A program made the position numbers and the translations under genes. Of a stretch of DNA of 64,000 bases, positions 12,076 to 25,009 are shown one piece after another; position 1 is the first letter of the stretch; each line of letters begins with the position of its first letter. The stretch covers positions 1,054,001 through 1,118,000 of the forward strand of contig NC_089433.1 of assembly GCF_026210795.1 (NCBI RefSeq), given 5' to 3'. The stretch is from Rhizophagus irregularis (taxonomy: Eukaryota). A model generated the notes under the pieces. That model was not told where the DNA came from, ran no database searches, and worked only from the letters and a program-made list of their open reading frames with translations.

Positions 12076-13079
12076 GGATTAAAAATGAAATTTATAGAAA
12101 GCTTATTTATGATGTTATTAATTAATGCATGATCAAAAACGTCAGAACGATAACACACTTACGTGGCCCATTTTCATCCATCAATAATTCGGTCCTGTGA
12201 CCGTTATAAAGTGGATTGAAAAAATTGTAAATATCCGACAGGATGATCGGAACTTAAATTTACATACAATATCAGATATATAAATTTCTGTGTTTTTTTT
12301 TAATGATACTGACTATAATGTATGATGATAAATTTTTAAAGTTGGCAACGACCCTCACATAAAAAAATTTCGCGCACATAAAAGAATATTATCAACTGAT
12401 GTTAACAAAAAGAAATGATGGAATTTTTTCACCTTAAATCCATTAAATTACAAATATTTTACCTGAAATTTTTCAAATAATCTTGAGGTACAAGAGAATT
12501 AAAATTAGAAATTTGGTATAAACAAAAAAATAATTAATTATTAAATTTTTTTTAGGTATATCAATGGAAGGAGGCTTTCTTTAGAGGAATGCAATACTCC
12601 AGACATTGTTCAAATCTTGATCGCTTTGTCTTCAAGCACTAAATCCTTATGAACACTGAAATTAAAATTGTTTTACTTCTAGAATAAATAAAGTTTGAGC
12701 TGAAAAAAGAGTGAAACCACGCAAGGAAAAACAAAATTTATATCCATATTATTAGAATATCTAATAAGTACAAATTAATAAATACGAATTATTAATTCAC
12801 ATCTTAAATAAAATTTTAAAATATCTCTAAAATTTTAAATCCACTGCCAAGAATTTCATTTACAAAAATGTAACAGCATTAAGTCTGTCTATCATTATAT
12901 CCTTTATAAATAAGAATTTGACAAACGTGATTAGCGTGATTAATAATTATCAAAAAGAAGCCAAGATTTGGTCTCATATAGATAGAACTTTAATTATTTT
13001 ATTTAACAGGAAATTATTTATATTTAGCTTCTTATTATTTGAAATACTTAATAATCTTCTATTGAAAATTTATTTACAG

Positions 13080-13890
13080 TGTCTCTTATATTTCTCTCAT
13101 ACTTCACTTCTATACAATAAAAAATTATTATTTCTATTTAAGACCTTGGCCGAAATGCGGACCACACGTATCACTATAATCTAATACAAATTCTGCATCT
13201 CATATATTAGTACTTAAAATTGCATCTTTAATATTCTTATTTTTAAAAGAAAAAATAAAACTTTCATTAGTATAACACCATTTGTCAGTAGTTTCCCACT
13301 TCATAGGATTATATCCACCAAGAATTTCTTAGTTTCCTTTTACTTTAATAAATGTAACGGTATTAGCTATGCCACCACATAATTCATGAAATTTTTTAGG
13401 AGTAAATCCTCCTTTTAATAATAATTCAAATTTGTATGGTAAATATAATTCCTCATAATTATCATCATTTATAACTAGTACTTTATAAACCCATTATTAA
13501 ATGGTTGAAATAATATTAGAATCAACAATTTGGGTATCAATAATTTGGGAATCAACAATCTTAATTTCATCATTCTTAATATTCTTATTTTTCTTGGACA
13601 TAAAACATTATATTTTGACACACCGGTTCCAAATAAGAATTCAATAAATCTTTCATTTGCCCCCCCATGATACCATCAAAACTCAATATAATTGTTGAAC
13701 TTTTTGCGAGAATTTCTAGATAAACTAAAAAATTCAATTAAAAGCAAACAGTGTTGTAAAAAATTTTCATCATTTTGGAATCATCATCTGCCCAAGTTTT
13801 AGGATCCAGAATGAGAGTTGGATTTTGTGCAAGACCCTATTTAATACATATTCCACACTTCGATTTCTTTTCTATGTAAATCATCAGTTC
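13080..13890 (-). pseudogene. Decayed BACK-TLDc gene remnant
   Basis: Minus-strand fragments DDLHRKEIEVW, *GLAQNPTLILDPKTWADDD, EILGGYNP and DYSDTCGPHFG, interrupted by stops and frameshifts. Confidence 0.8.
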
Positions 13891-14383
13891 CTTTTCGCTA
13901 ACTAGGAAAACGGCAACTAAGGGTCGCAGTATGCATGCGACCCACAATTTCATAAGAACACTTCAGGGGTTCAAAAAGGAATGTGAAGATGATTTAAAAA
14001 GGAAATAGTTGTGATTTTTGTGAAGGACGTTTTGCATGAAATAAACAAATTTTGCATTTTCGTCTAAAAATTGTTGTTTTTTAGCTGTTTATACTTTATT
14101 TCCTTAGATTAAATTGTTCCAAATTTATTGTCTTGGTGTTAAATTTTATATTTCTTAAATAAATGGACATTTTTTACAGTCTCTATTAAAAGATCATTTG
14201 AATAATAATATATTATTTTGGGTCATAGTATCCAACTTAAAATAAGCTAAAATACAAATTTTTTATATCCTGTTTAAGTTTTGTATGTTAGTTAATAATT
14301 TCATGATATTACAACTTAACCAATACTAAATATAATATTTTGATTTATTTTCAGAAAATAGGAATACAAAAAACCTTGATCAA

Positions 14384-14637
14384 TAATCATGATAGGACCC
14401 CGAACAATATATAAATAGGTCATAGGAAATTGGCAAAAATTTACTATTAGCTCTACGCATTTTTTCAGGGCCGGAATTATGATAATGTCAGTCAGTTACT
14501 AAATAAAGTAATATATTTCTTACCAACGTTATCAAAATTTATCTAAAAAAGGAAAGATTTTCATGATTATTTTAGCCTATTCTACGCGTTATTTCTTGTT
14601 ACCTATTTCAGTATTGCTCGGGGTCCTATCATGATTA
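14384..14637. mobile_element. MITE with ~26-bp terminal inverted repeats
   Basis: taatcatgataggaccccgaacaata versus tattgctcggggtcctatcatgatta (one mismatch). Confidence 0.8.
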
Positions 14638-14891
14638 CCCATCATTTCAAGACAGGTATTAGATGTAATGGTTCTGTTCTTTAAGGCTGGACTATATTTC
14701 TATCTCCTCCCTAGGGTTAGGGCAATATTTTTTTAATGTTTGAAGTTTGGAATTGGATATTAAACTTAAATATTCTAAATAAACATAATTATCATACTTG
14801 TATCAATATATGCTAATAATAATGAATTAATGATTTCTATATACAGTAATAATTGATAAATAATCCAACAAATGAAGAATAATTAATTGAA

Positions 14892-17800
14892 TTAATGATG
14901 ATCATCAATCATACAATCAAACCCCTGAGACCCTTCTTGAATTGAAGTTTCAGTATAATATGCTTGTGAATTAGAATAAGATTGAGTAATACTAGAAGTA
15001 TTTGCTTGTTTTTGCATTAATGATTTATTTGCTTCTACAAATTCAAGCATATCATTTCTTAACTGATTGTCAATATCAGGTATTTCATATTGATACTTGT
15101 CATCCCTATTTACTTCATAATATCTATTAATATATTTAATCCATTCGGATATAATATTTTCAAGCATAATTATAGTTGGTCTATTGGAAGGATTTAAATC
15201 CCAACATTTTTCCATTAAATCTGAATAACATTTTGGAGTATTTTCTACAATTTTAGGACGTTTCCCTTTATAAACACTTAAGATAAGGTCATGATCATGT
15301 CCTTCATGGTCAAATGGAGGGATGCCTGATGTAAATTCCCACATTATCATTGAAAAGCTATAAATATCACTTGCTGAAGTATAGGGTTTTTTCCTTAATA
15401 TTTCAGGTGCCATATAAGGCAAAACTCCATAAATTTCATTATTATCATTATCAGCATTTTGTAAATCACTTATAGGTTTACATAATCCTAAATCAATAAC
15501 AAATAATTCATTGTAATTATCTGATATTAAAATATTACCATCATGAAAGTCACCATGAGTTAAATTTGATTCATGAATTACTTTAAGTCCTAATATAATT
15601 TTTTTCAATAATTGTAACTTATCTTGCCATTTGAATTTAATTATATCAGATAAACATTTTCTCAAACTTCCTTCTTTTGCATAACTCATTACTATTAAAT
15701 AATTTAAATTATTTGGATCTTGGGTAAATCCAAAGAACTGTATAAATTTTGAAAATGATTTTTTCTGACAATTATAATGATATTTCCACTATGTAAATAA
15801 CAAAAAATTATTAATCTTTTGCACAAAGAATTAAAATATGCTATTAAATATAAATACTATACCTCATTCAGAAATTCATTATTTAAACTTGATGAATTAT
15901 TAAGTTTTTTAAGAATAACCTCATAATATGTTTGTCTATTCCATTGTTGTTTGTCAAAATTCCAACTAAAAATAGGTCCATCTGACCAGATAGCTTTATG
16001 AATTTCACAGAATCCTCCTTTGTCATAATACTTAATATTTGACAATTCATTATAAGGTATCCACTCTAAAATTTCGTAACTATTTTTAGCATTTAGTTGT
16101 GCTTCTTGAATAAATTTATTAATAAATTCATTTTTACTAGTCCATTTTGAAAAATCTTGTTGAAATTGCTTAGCATTACATTGTTGACACCATTGGTAAT
16201 TATTATTTGGTTGCTTGCATTCATTACAAAATTCAACGCCATTTTTATGGTTCATTTTATTGCTTTCTACTGCTTTTTGATGCCAATAAAAGGCCCTTTC
16301 TAAATTCTTTTCTGTTCCTTCTCCATTATAATAATAATTAGCTAAATTGCACATTGCATCAATTTGACCGTTTTCTGCTGCTTTTTGACACCAACGAAAG
16401 GCTTTTTCAAAATTCTTTTCTGTTCCTTCTCCATTTCTATAATATATAGCTAACTTATACATTGCATCAATTTGACCTGTTTCAGCTGCTTTTTGATACC
16501 AATGAAAGGCTTTTTCTAAATTCTTTTCTGTTCCTTCTCCATTATGATAGTGATTGGCTAAATTAAACATTGCAATAATATGATCTTTTTTTGCTGCTTT
16601 TTGATACCAATAAAAAGCTTTTTCAAAATTCTTTTCTGCTCCTTTTCCATTTCTATAATATACAGCTAAATTATACATTGCATCAATTTGACCTTTTTCT
16701 GCTGCTTTTTGACACCAGTAAAAGGCTTTTTCAAAATTCATTTCTGCTCCTTTTCCATTATAATAGTGATTGGCTAAATTAAACATTGCAATAATATGAT
16801 CTTTTTCTGCTGCTTCTTGACACCAATAAAAAGCCTTTTCAAAGTCCTTTTCTGTTCCTTCTCCATTTCTATAACAAGCAGCTAAATTAAATATTGCATC
16901 AATATGACCTTTTTTTGCTGCTTTTTGACACCAATAAAAGGATTTTTCTAAATTCTTTTCAGTTTCTTCTCCATTTCTATAATATGCAACTAAATTATAC
17001 ATTGCATGAATTTGACCGTTTTCCGCTGCTTTTTGATACCAATAAAAAGCTTTTTTAAAATTCTTTTCTGTTCCTTTTCCATTATAATAATAATTAGCTA
17101 AATTAAACATTGCAATAGTATGATCTTTTTCTGCTGCTTTTTGATACCAATAAAGGGCTTTTTCTAAATTCTTTTCTGTTTCTACTCCATCCCTATAATA
17201 TGCAGCTAAATTACACATTGCATCAATTTGACCTTTTTCTGCTGCTTTTTGACACCAATAAAAGGCTTTTTCAAAATTCTTTTCTGTTCCTTCTCCATTA
17301 TAATAGTGATTAGCTAAATTAAACATTGCAATAATATGATCTTTTTCTGCTGCTTTTTGATACCAATAAAAAGCTTTTTCAAAATTCTTTTCTGTTTCTT
17401 CTTCATTTCTAAAATATACAGCTAAATTATACATTGCATCAATTTGACCTTTTTCTGCTGCTTTTTGACACCAATAAAAGACTTTCTCAAAATTCTTTTC
17501 TGTTCCTTCTCCATTTCTATAATATACAGCTAAATTATACATTGCATCAATTTGACCGTTTTCTGCTGCTTTTTGATACCAATAAAAGGCTTTTTCTAAA
17601 TTCTTTTCTGTTCCCTCTCCATTATAATAGTAATTAGCCAAATTAAACATTGCAATAATATGATCTTTTTCTGCTGCTTTTTGATACCAATAAAAAGCTT
17701 TTTCAACATTCTTTTCTGTTTCTTCTCCATTTCTATAATATATAGCTAAAATATACATTGCATCAATTTGACCGTTTTCTGCTGCTTTTTGACACCAATA

Positions 17801-18190
17801 AAATGCTTTTTCAAAATTCTTTTCTGTTTCTTCTCCATTTCTATAATATACAGCTAAATTATACATTGCATCAATTTGACCTTTTTCTGCTGCTTTTTGA
17901 CACCAATAATATGCTTTTTTAAAATCCTTTTCTATTCCTTCTCCATTTCTATAACATGCAGATAAATATAACATTGCATTAATATGATCATTTTCTGCTG
18001 CTTTTTTACACCAATAAAAAGCTTTTTCAAAATTCTTTTCTGTCTCTACTCCATTTTTATAATATGCAACTAAATTACACATTGCGTCAATTTGACCTTT
18101 TTCTGCTGCTTTTTGATACCAATAAAAGGCTCTTTCAAAATTCTTTGCTGTTCCTTTTCCATTAAAATAGTGATTTGCTAAATTAAACAT
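14892..18190 (-). CDS. Downstream part of the Sel1-kinase locus: ~18 Sel1 repeats, CxxC linker and TKL-like protein kinase (intron 15789-15862)
   Basis: Kinase motifs KGGFCEIHKA, VILKKL, HGDFHDGN, IDLG, YMAPE and SDIYSF. A GT-AG intron joins FLNE to WKYHY in frame, uniting the 777-aa and 265-aa ORFs. Confidence 0.85.
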
Positions 18191-18411
18191 TGCAATAATA
18201 TGATTATTTTCTGATGCTTTTTGATACCAATGAAAGGCTTTTTCAAAATTCTTTTCTGTTCACTCTCCATTTCTATAATATATAGCTAAATTATACATTG
18301 CATCAATTTGACCTTTTTCTGCTGCTTTTTGATACCAATAAAATGCTTTTTCAAAATTCTTTTCTGTTCCTTTCCCATTTCTATAATATACAGCTAAATT
18401 ATACATTGCAT

Positions 18412-21207
18412 CTATTTGACCTTTTTCTGCTGCTTTTTGCCACCAATGAAATGCTTTTCTAAATTCTTTTCTATTCCTTCTCCATTATAATAGTGATTAG
18501 CTAAATTAAACATTGCAATAGTATGATCTTTTTCTGCTGCTTTTTGATACCAATGAAAGGCTTTTTTAAAACTCTTTTCTGTTCCTACTCCATTATAATA
18601 GTAATTAGCTAAATTATATACTGCATCAATTTGACCTTTTTCTGCTGCTTTTTGACACCAATAAAAGGCTTTTTCAAAATTCTTTTCAGTTTCTTCTCCA
18701 TTTCTATAATATGCAACTAAATTACACATTGCATCAATTTGACCTTTTTCTGCTGCTTCTTGACACCAATGAAAAGCTTTTTCAAAATTCTTTTCCGTTC
18801 CTACTTCATTATAATAGTGATTAGCTAAATTAAACATTGCAATAATATGATCTTTTTCTGCTGCTTTTTGACACCAATAAAATGCTTTTTCAAAGTCCTT
18901 TTCTGTTCCTTCTCCATTTCTATAACATGCAGCTAAATTAAATATTGCATCAATATGACCTTTTTCTGCTGCTTTTTGATACCAATAAAAAGCTTTTTCA
19001 AAATTCTTTTCTGTTTCTTCTCCATTTCTATAATATGCAATTAAATTGCACATTGCATCAATTTGACCTTTTTCTGCTGCTTTTTGATACCAATGAAAAG
19101 CTTTTTCAAAATTCTTTTCTGTTCCCTTTCCATTGTAATAGTAATTAGCTAAATTAAACATTGCAATAATATGATCTTTTTCTGCTGCTTTTTGATACCA
19201 ATAAAAAGCTTTTTCAAAATTCTTTTCTGTTTCTACTCCATCTCTATAATATACAGCTAAATTACACATTGCATCAATTTGACCGTTTTCTGCTGCTTTT
19301 TGATACCAGTAAAATGCTTTTTTAAAATTCTTTTCTGTTTCTTCTCCATTATGATAGTAATTAGCTAAATTAAACATTGCAATAGTATGATCTTTTTCTG
19401 CTGCTTTTTGATACCAATGAAAAGCTTTTTCAAAATTCTTTTCTGTTTTTTCTCCATTTCTATAATACACAGCTAAATTATACATTGCATCTATTTGACC
19501 TTTTTTTGCTGCTTTTTGACACCAATAAAAGGCTTTTTCAAAATTCTTTTCTGTTCCCTTTCCATTATAATAGTGATTTGCTAAATTAAACATTGCAATA
19601 ATATGATCTTTTTCGGCTGCTTTTTGACACCAATGAAAAGCTTTTTCAAAATTCTTTTCTGTTCCTTCTCCATTTCTATAACATGCGGCTAAATTAAATA
19701 TTGCATCAATATGACCTTTTTCTGCTGCTTTTTGACACCAATAAAAGGCTTTTTCTAAATTCTTTTCTCCATTTTTATAATATGCAACTAAATTATACAT
19801 TGCATCAATTTGACCTTTTTCTGCTGCTTTTTGATACCAATGAAAAGCTTTTTCAAAATTCTTTTCTATTCCCTTTCCATTATAGTAGTAATTAGCTAAA
19901 TTAAACATTGCAATAATATGATCGTTTTCTGCTGCTTTTTGATACCAATAAAAGGCTTTTTCAAAATTCTTTTCTGTTTCTACTCCATCTCTATTATATA
20001 CAGCTAAATTACACATTGCATCAACTTGACCTTTTTCTGCTGCTTTTTGATACCAATAAAAGGATTTTTCAAAATTCTTTTCTGTTCCTTCTCCATAATG
20101 ATAGTGATTGCCTAAATTAAACATTGCAATAATATGATCTTTTTCTGCTGCTTTTTGATACCAATAAAAGGATTTTTCAAAATTCTTTTCCATTTCTTCT
20201 CCATTTCTATAATATACAGCTAAATTATACATTGCATCAATTTGGCCTTTTTCTGCTGCTTTTTGATACCAATAAAAGGCTTTTTCGAAATTCTTTTCTG
20301 TTCCTTCTCCATTTCTATAATATACAGCTAAATTAAACATTGCATCAATTTGGCCTTTTTCTGCTGCTTTTTGACACCAATAAAAGGCTTTTTCAAAATT
20401 CTTTTCTGTTACTTCTCCATTATAATAGTAATTAGCTAAGTTAAACATTGCATCAATTTGTCCTTGTTCTGCTGCTTTTTGACACCAATAAAAGGCTTTT
20501 TCAAAATTCTTTTCTGTTCCTTCTCCATTATGATAGTGATTGGCTAAATTAAACATTGCAATAATATGATCTTTTTCTGCTGCTTTGTGATACCAATAAA
20601 AAGCTTTTTCAAAATTCTTTTCTGTTTCTTTTCCAATATAATAGTGATTAGCTATATTATACATTGCATCAATTTGACCCATTTCTGCTGCTTTTTGACA
20701 CCAATGAAAAGCTTTTTCAAAATTCTTTTCTATTCCCTCTCCATTATAATAGTAATTAGCTAAATTAAACATTGCATTAATTTGACCTTTTTCTGCTGCT
20801 TTTTGGCACCAATAAAAAGCCTTTTCAAAGTCCTTTTCAGTTCCTTCTCCATTTCTATAACATGCAGCTAAATTAAATATTGCATCAATATGACCTTTTT
20901 CTGCTGCTTTTTGACACCAATGAAAAGCTTTTTCAAAATTCTCTTCTGTTTTTTCTCCACTATAATAGTGATTAACTAAATTAAGCATTGCAATAATATG
21001 ATCTTTTTCCGCTGCTTTTTGATACCAATGAAAGGCCTTTTCAAAATTCTTTTCTGTTCCTTTTCCATTATTACAACAGTTTGCTAAACTAAACATTGCT
21101 TCTTTATTTCCATTTTCTGCTAATTTTTCTAAAGAATTTATACATTCTTTACACCATAATTCTTCAGTAAAAGGTATATTGCAATATAAGCAATTTTCGG
21201 TGTTCAT
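18412..21207 (-). CDS. Upstream part of the Sel1-kinase locus: ~25 Sel1 repeats ending in a frameshifted tail
   Basis: A 108-bp repeat array with N-terminal CxxC..WCxxC. The repeat frame is lost at ~18455 (NLEK-HFIGG...), while repeats continue in another frame. Confidence 0.85.
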   Translation of the reverse strand: MNTENCLYCNIPFTEELWCKECINSLEKLAENGNKEAMFSLANCCNNGKGTEKNFEKAFHWYQKAAEKDHIIAMLNLVNHYYSGEKTEENFEKAFHWCQKAAEKGHIDAIFNLAACYRNGEGTEKDFEKAFYWCQKAAEKGQINAMFNLANYYYNGEGIEKNFEKAFHWCQKAAEMGQIDAMYNIANHYYIGKETEKNFEKAFYWYHKAAEKDHIIAMFNLANHYHNGEGTEKNFEKAFYWCQKAAEQGQIDAMFNLANYYYNGEVTEKNFEKAFYWCQKAAEKGQIDAMFNLAVYYRNGEGTEKNFEKAFYWYQKAAEKGQIDAMYNLAVYYRNGEEMEKNFEKSFYWYQKAAEKDHIIAMFNLGNHYHYGEGTEKNFEKSFYWYQKAAEKGQVDAMCNLAVYNRDGVETEKNFEKAFYWYQKAAENDHIIAMFNLANYYYNGKGIEKNFEKAFHWYQKAAEKGQIDAMYNLVAYYKNGEKNLEKAFYWCQKAAEKGHIDAIFNLAACYRNGEGTEKNFEKAFHWCQKAAEKDHIIAMFNLANHYYNGKGTEKNFEKAFYWCQKAAKKGQIDAMYNLAVYYRNGEKTEKNFEKAFHWYQKAAEKDHTIAMFNLANYYHNGEETEKNFKKAFYWYQKAAENGQIDAMCNLAVYYRDGVETEKNFEKAFYWYQKAAEKDHIIAMFNLANYYYNGKGTEKNFEKAFHWYQKAAEKGQIDAMCNLIAYYRNGEETEKNFEKAFYWYQKAAEKGHIDAIFNLAACYRNGEGTEKDFEKAFYWCQKAAEKDHIIAMFNLANHYYNEVGTEKNFEKAFHWCQEAAEKGQIDAMCNLVAYYRNGEETEKNFEKAFYWCQKAAEKGQIDAVYNLANYYYNGVGTEKSFKKAFHWYQKAAEKDHTIAMFNLANHYYNGEGIEKNLEKHFIGGKKQQKKVK

Positions 21208-22559
21208 TGTATCAGTATTATTATCTGGTTATTTTAGAATTTTGTTTTACTTGAAAAAAACTTAATTTTTTCCTAGACAAATTTTTTAAACAAATTTTTT
21301 TTTTCTTATTTACTGTAGTATATCATGAATAAATCAAAAGTAGTAGTTACAATAACGAATAATTTTTTCGGGCCGTATTATTTCCGAATGCACATGCACT
21401 GATCTTCATTGAGAAATTCCAACTATGGATCGTCTAAAACGGGTAGTTTTGGCCGGCATTACGACATTAAGAAATTATAGTAAGAATTTGAAAATCATGA
21501 TGTAGATCAATAAGATCAAAAGATAGTAGCCCAATAATTAATACCCCGGAATTTCTAATTTTAATTAAAACATGAAGGTGTATTCTATTTTAAAACTGTT
21601 TTTTAGATAATAATTTTTTTTTATTTATTGTCTTTTCCATCCCTTCCTCACCATCCACTTACGTTATAACTCCCCTTTTGAATAAACTAACCCCTGCTTA
21701 TTTCCTTTTATATTTGTAAAAAATGAAATTGAGGAAGTTAAAAATGAAAAGATAGGGAGCATTTTTTGCAATTACACTGAACATTTGGATTTATATAATA
21801 CATATATTAAGAAGAATTATAACACAATCCGTAAGATGAAGATCGGATCACTATTAATTATAATTGGAAAAATTCTCAAAAATGATTTCTTATACTATAA
21901 TGATGAAAATATTAAACATTAAAATATTCGTTCCTTTTATTTTTGTGTAAAATAACGGTGTTGAAATTTCTGGTGATTAACGTTTCAATTAGGGGTGTTA
22001 GATTCCTCGGGCAATTAAAAGCCATTGGATTTTAAATGGTATGAATAATATGCTAGAATTTTGCTTTTGCATAGATTCATTTTTTATAAACGAAGTAAAA
22101 TAAGCATGCATTTGCATAATATAAAAAAATAATAAAATTTTTTAAGTTTAAAGCATATTAAAAGTCCAAATTAGAAACATTCAAGTTTTAAGCAAATATT
22201 TTCATTTTATTTCACTTTTTATAATACTCAATCAATATATATGACTATTTAAAGAAGTATAATTTTACCAAATTATCTATTTGTCATTTGTCACCAATAT
22301 TTTCAATATTTTGATCTAATATTTAACTTTCAAAATAAATTCCGTAGGGTTCTACCCATATTTTCTATAGATTCCATCATTATTTTTTACAATACTCTGA
22401 TTTAGGGGGTATTAACCCTATTATACAACCTGGTCCGGTAAATTAATATATCATTTTGTATAAACAAAAAAATCGGCCAACTTAATTTTGGCCAGTTTAA
22501 TTTCGGCCAGAATTACGACGATTTTGGCCAGAATTACGAAAATCCGGATTTAACGAAGA

Positions 22560-22659
22560 ATCATGTGCCGGCCCGGGTGAATTTTGAAGAAGTTTGCCGG
22601 CCCAAACCCGGATCCGGGTCCGGGCCGGGTCCGGGTTTCCGGGTTCCAGGCTATCTCTT
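22560..22659 (-). mobile_element. Isolated GC-rich DNA-transposon terminus (hAT-like subterminal ACCCGG repeats)
   Basis: The minus strand reads agagatagcctggaacccggaaacccggacccggcccggacccggatccgggttt. No partner end was seen. Confidence 0.5.
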
Positions 22660-23854
22660 GTACGTGCCAGTTGTGCTACACAAAACATAATCATGATATT
22701 AATCCATGTGCTCAAAGGCAGAATAATAAACTTTTATTAAAATAGCACTTATTTCAGACCTATTCTTGTAATAGCCTCAGTCTAAAAGTTGAAAAATTCT
22801 ACCCAGTTAAAAAAACCAGTTAACCATTGCCAATTAACTTGATTAACATTAAAATTTTTTTGGCTGCAAGTAAATTGTACTTATTTGATTTTACCAATAA
22901 GTTTGATAGTAGGAAATAATAGTTATTAAAAATTAAAAAAGAATATCTACAGTCTGACCTTCATTTTATAGAATTAATAGGCCTTGATGAAAATATATGT
23001 GCATACGTTGTGCCTCATGTGACGATTTGCGACTGACATGCGTGATGTAAAGACGCGCATCACATATCATATAACATTAAGCCCGATTAAGGTATAATTA
23101 AACATTAAATTTTCAATTTTATTATTAAATAAATTTATTTATCACATTAAAAATCGATTAGACTCAAATTCATGGAAACACTTCATTCAAAATTAATAGG
23201 TATTTTTTTACAATTTTTTAATTTCACATAAATCAAATAGGCATAAAGTTTTTATAATAGGTATGATTTATTGCAATATATAAGTATACTTATAGAATAA
23301 AAAGTAAACTTCATTAATAAAAAAAGTGCTTACCATGGAAGACTTTATTGTGCAATACAGATTACGCACGTCTAATCAACATGGCGGTAGGAACTTTATT
23401 ATCTTAAAAATACGAGCAAGTGGGTGAATAGTTCCAAATTAGAAAATATGTGAATGAGTTTAATTCATGCAACGTTTTGGTTTGGTTTAGTGCGAGTATT
23501 AATATTTTTACTAGAAAAAAACGAAAATAATTAAAAAAGAAAATATTACGATTTTATAATTTTAAAACTACACGAGAAAAAACATATTTAACTCAAAGTA
23601 AACTTTTGAGGTTCTTTACCAATGATCTTTTCTCAAAAGAAAATATTTAAAAATAATTAAAAAATTTGAAAATTTTCGCTAACGTTAGAATTTAATGACT
23701 GTTTAATGAGTATGAGCTCATATGATAGAAAAGTTGTTACTTAATCCTGATGTTTAACTAACAGCTAGTTTATATGTTGTAGATATTCATATGGTCGACT
23801 ACAAAATTGTTTCCTATTTAATCATTAAATAAAGAACTCCTCTATAAGAATATG

Positions 23855-24442
23855 GGTTGATTTTTTGTTTACCAAAACCAATTTCGCCAAAGTAATTTCA
23901 CTGAAGGGATGTCATTTTTCCAAATGGAAATTTTACCGAATTGGCCATTTTACCGAAGGTCATTTTGCTGAAGCTATTTCGGTGAAGGGACATTTTGCTA
24001 AAGATACGGAATTCTTTAATTTTCCTTTCCTTTTTTTAGAGAAGACAAATGAATTATTTGTACATTATATTAAGTTGCATTTTGTCTATTTTTTAATTAT
24101 TTTTATTTGATAAATTCAATATACAATTTTCCAAAACAAGTGAAAATAAGATAGTTTTAAGGAGAATTTGGTCTTTTAAACATTTTTTTATTTTCTTTGT
24201 ATTGAATTGTTAATAATTAAGGAAATATCATGTTAACAACAATTTTGACAAATGTTTTTCGACGAAATGGATGATTCATGAAAAGGATTCAGCGAAATAT
24301 CCATTCAACAAAATGTTCATTCAACAAACGTCCATTCAACAAAATGTCCATTTAATGAAACATCCATTCAGCAAAATATCTCTTTGATGAAATGGCTTTG
24401 GTTTCAGTAAAATGGACTTTGTCGAAACGTACCAATCGTACC
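23855..24442. mobile_element. Degenerate MITE related to the 2446-2588 family
   Basis: Degenerate cattt(t/c)(a/g)ccgaa repeats on the left, and gaaatggc/aaatggac repeats ending ...cgaaacgtaccaatcgtacc on the right. Confidence 0.55.
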
Positions 24443-24983
24443 ATAGCCCTCTTTGATCTGATCAACTACTTTTAAGGGATTTAATAATTCTGATTTACAC
24501 AAATTATCGCTAAAATCGATTAATACCCTTTTTACCGGATCATCATCTCATCATGTGATATTGATATGATATGCAAATTTTAAAGATAGTAATTAATAGT
24601 GTCAATCCGGGATAAACCACTTGCAGAGTTTGAAGTCGCTAAAGTTCCACGTCTTCGACTTCACTATGGAGGAACGTAAGATTTTGACCGTAAATTTCCA
24701 GCTAATTCGAATTTTAAATGATTTATTTTTGAACCATTTTGACCAAAAATAAGTTAATTTTGTTCTTATTTAATTTTTAAACCTTTATTTAGTTTTAGTT
24801 TAGCTTTTTTTATTTTTTTTATCTTTTATATTTGCATGGTTTCCACCAGTGCGAGTTTGACCTCCACATAATCACCTATTCGGTTCCTTCAAAATTGGTG
24901 ATTAGTACTTAGAGGAGTGATGATATAGAAATTTTTAAGTTGAACCAAAATTAAATTCTGGCCGAAATTATAGACATATTGAC

Positions 24984-25009
24984 ATATATATATATATATA
25001 TATATATAT
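24984..25009. repeat. (AT)n microsatellite
   Basis: A run of about 13 AT dinucleotides. Confidence 0.9.

Noticed and set aside
14708..14722. Telomeric repeat (ctagggttagggc)
   Set aside because: Only about two units, compatible with chance.
16591..20763. Short plus-strand ORFs (MHQFDLF..., MHQYDLF...)
   Set aside because: Antisense shadows of the Sel1 array.
22497..22715. 72-aa ORF
   Set aside because: It arises from a GC-rich transposon-end repeat and has no protein features.
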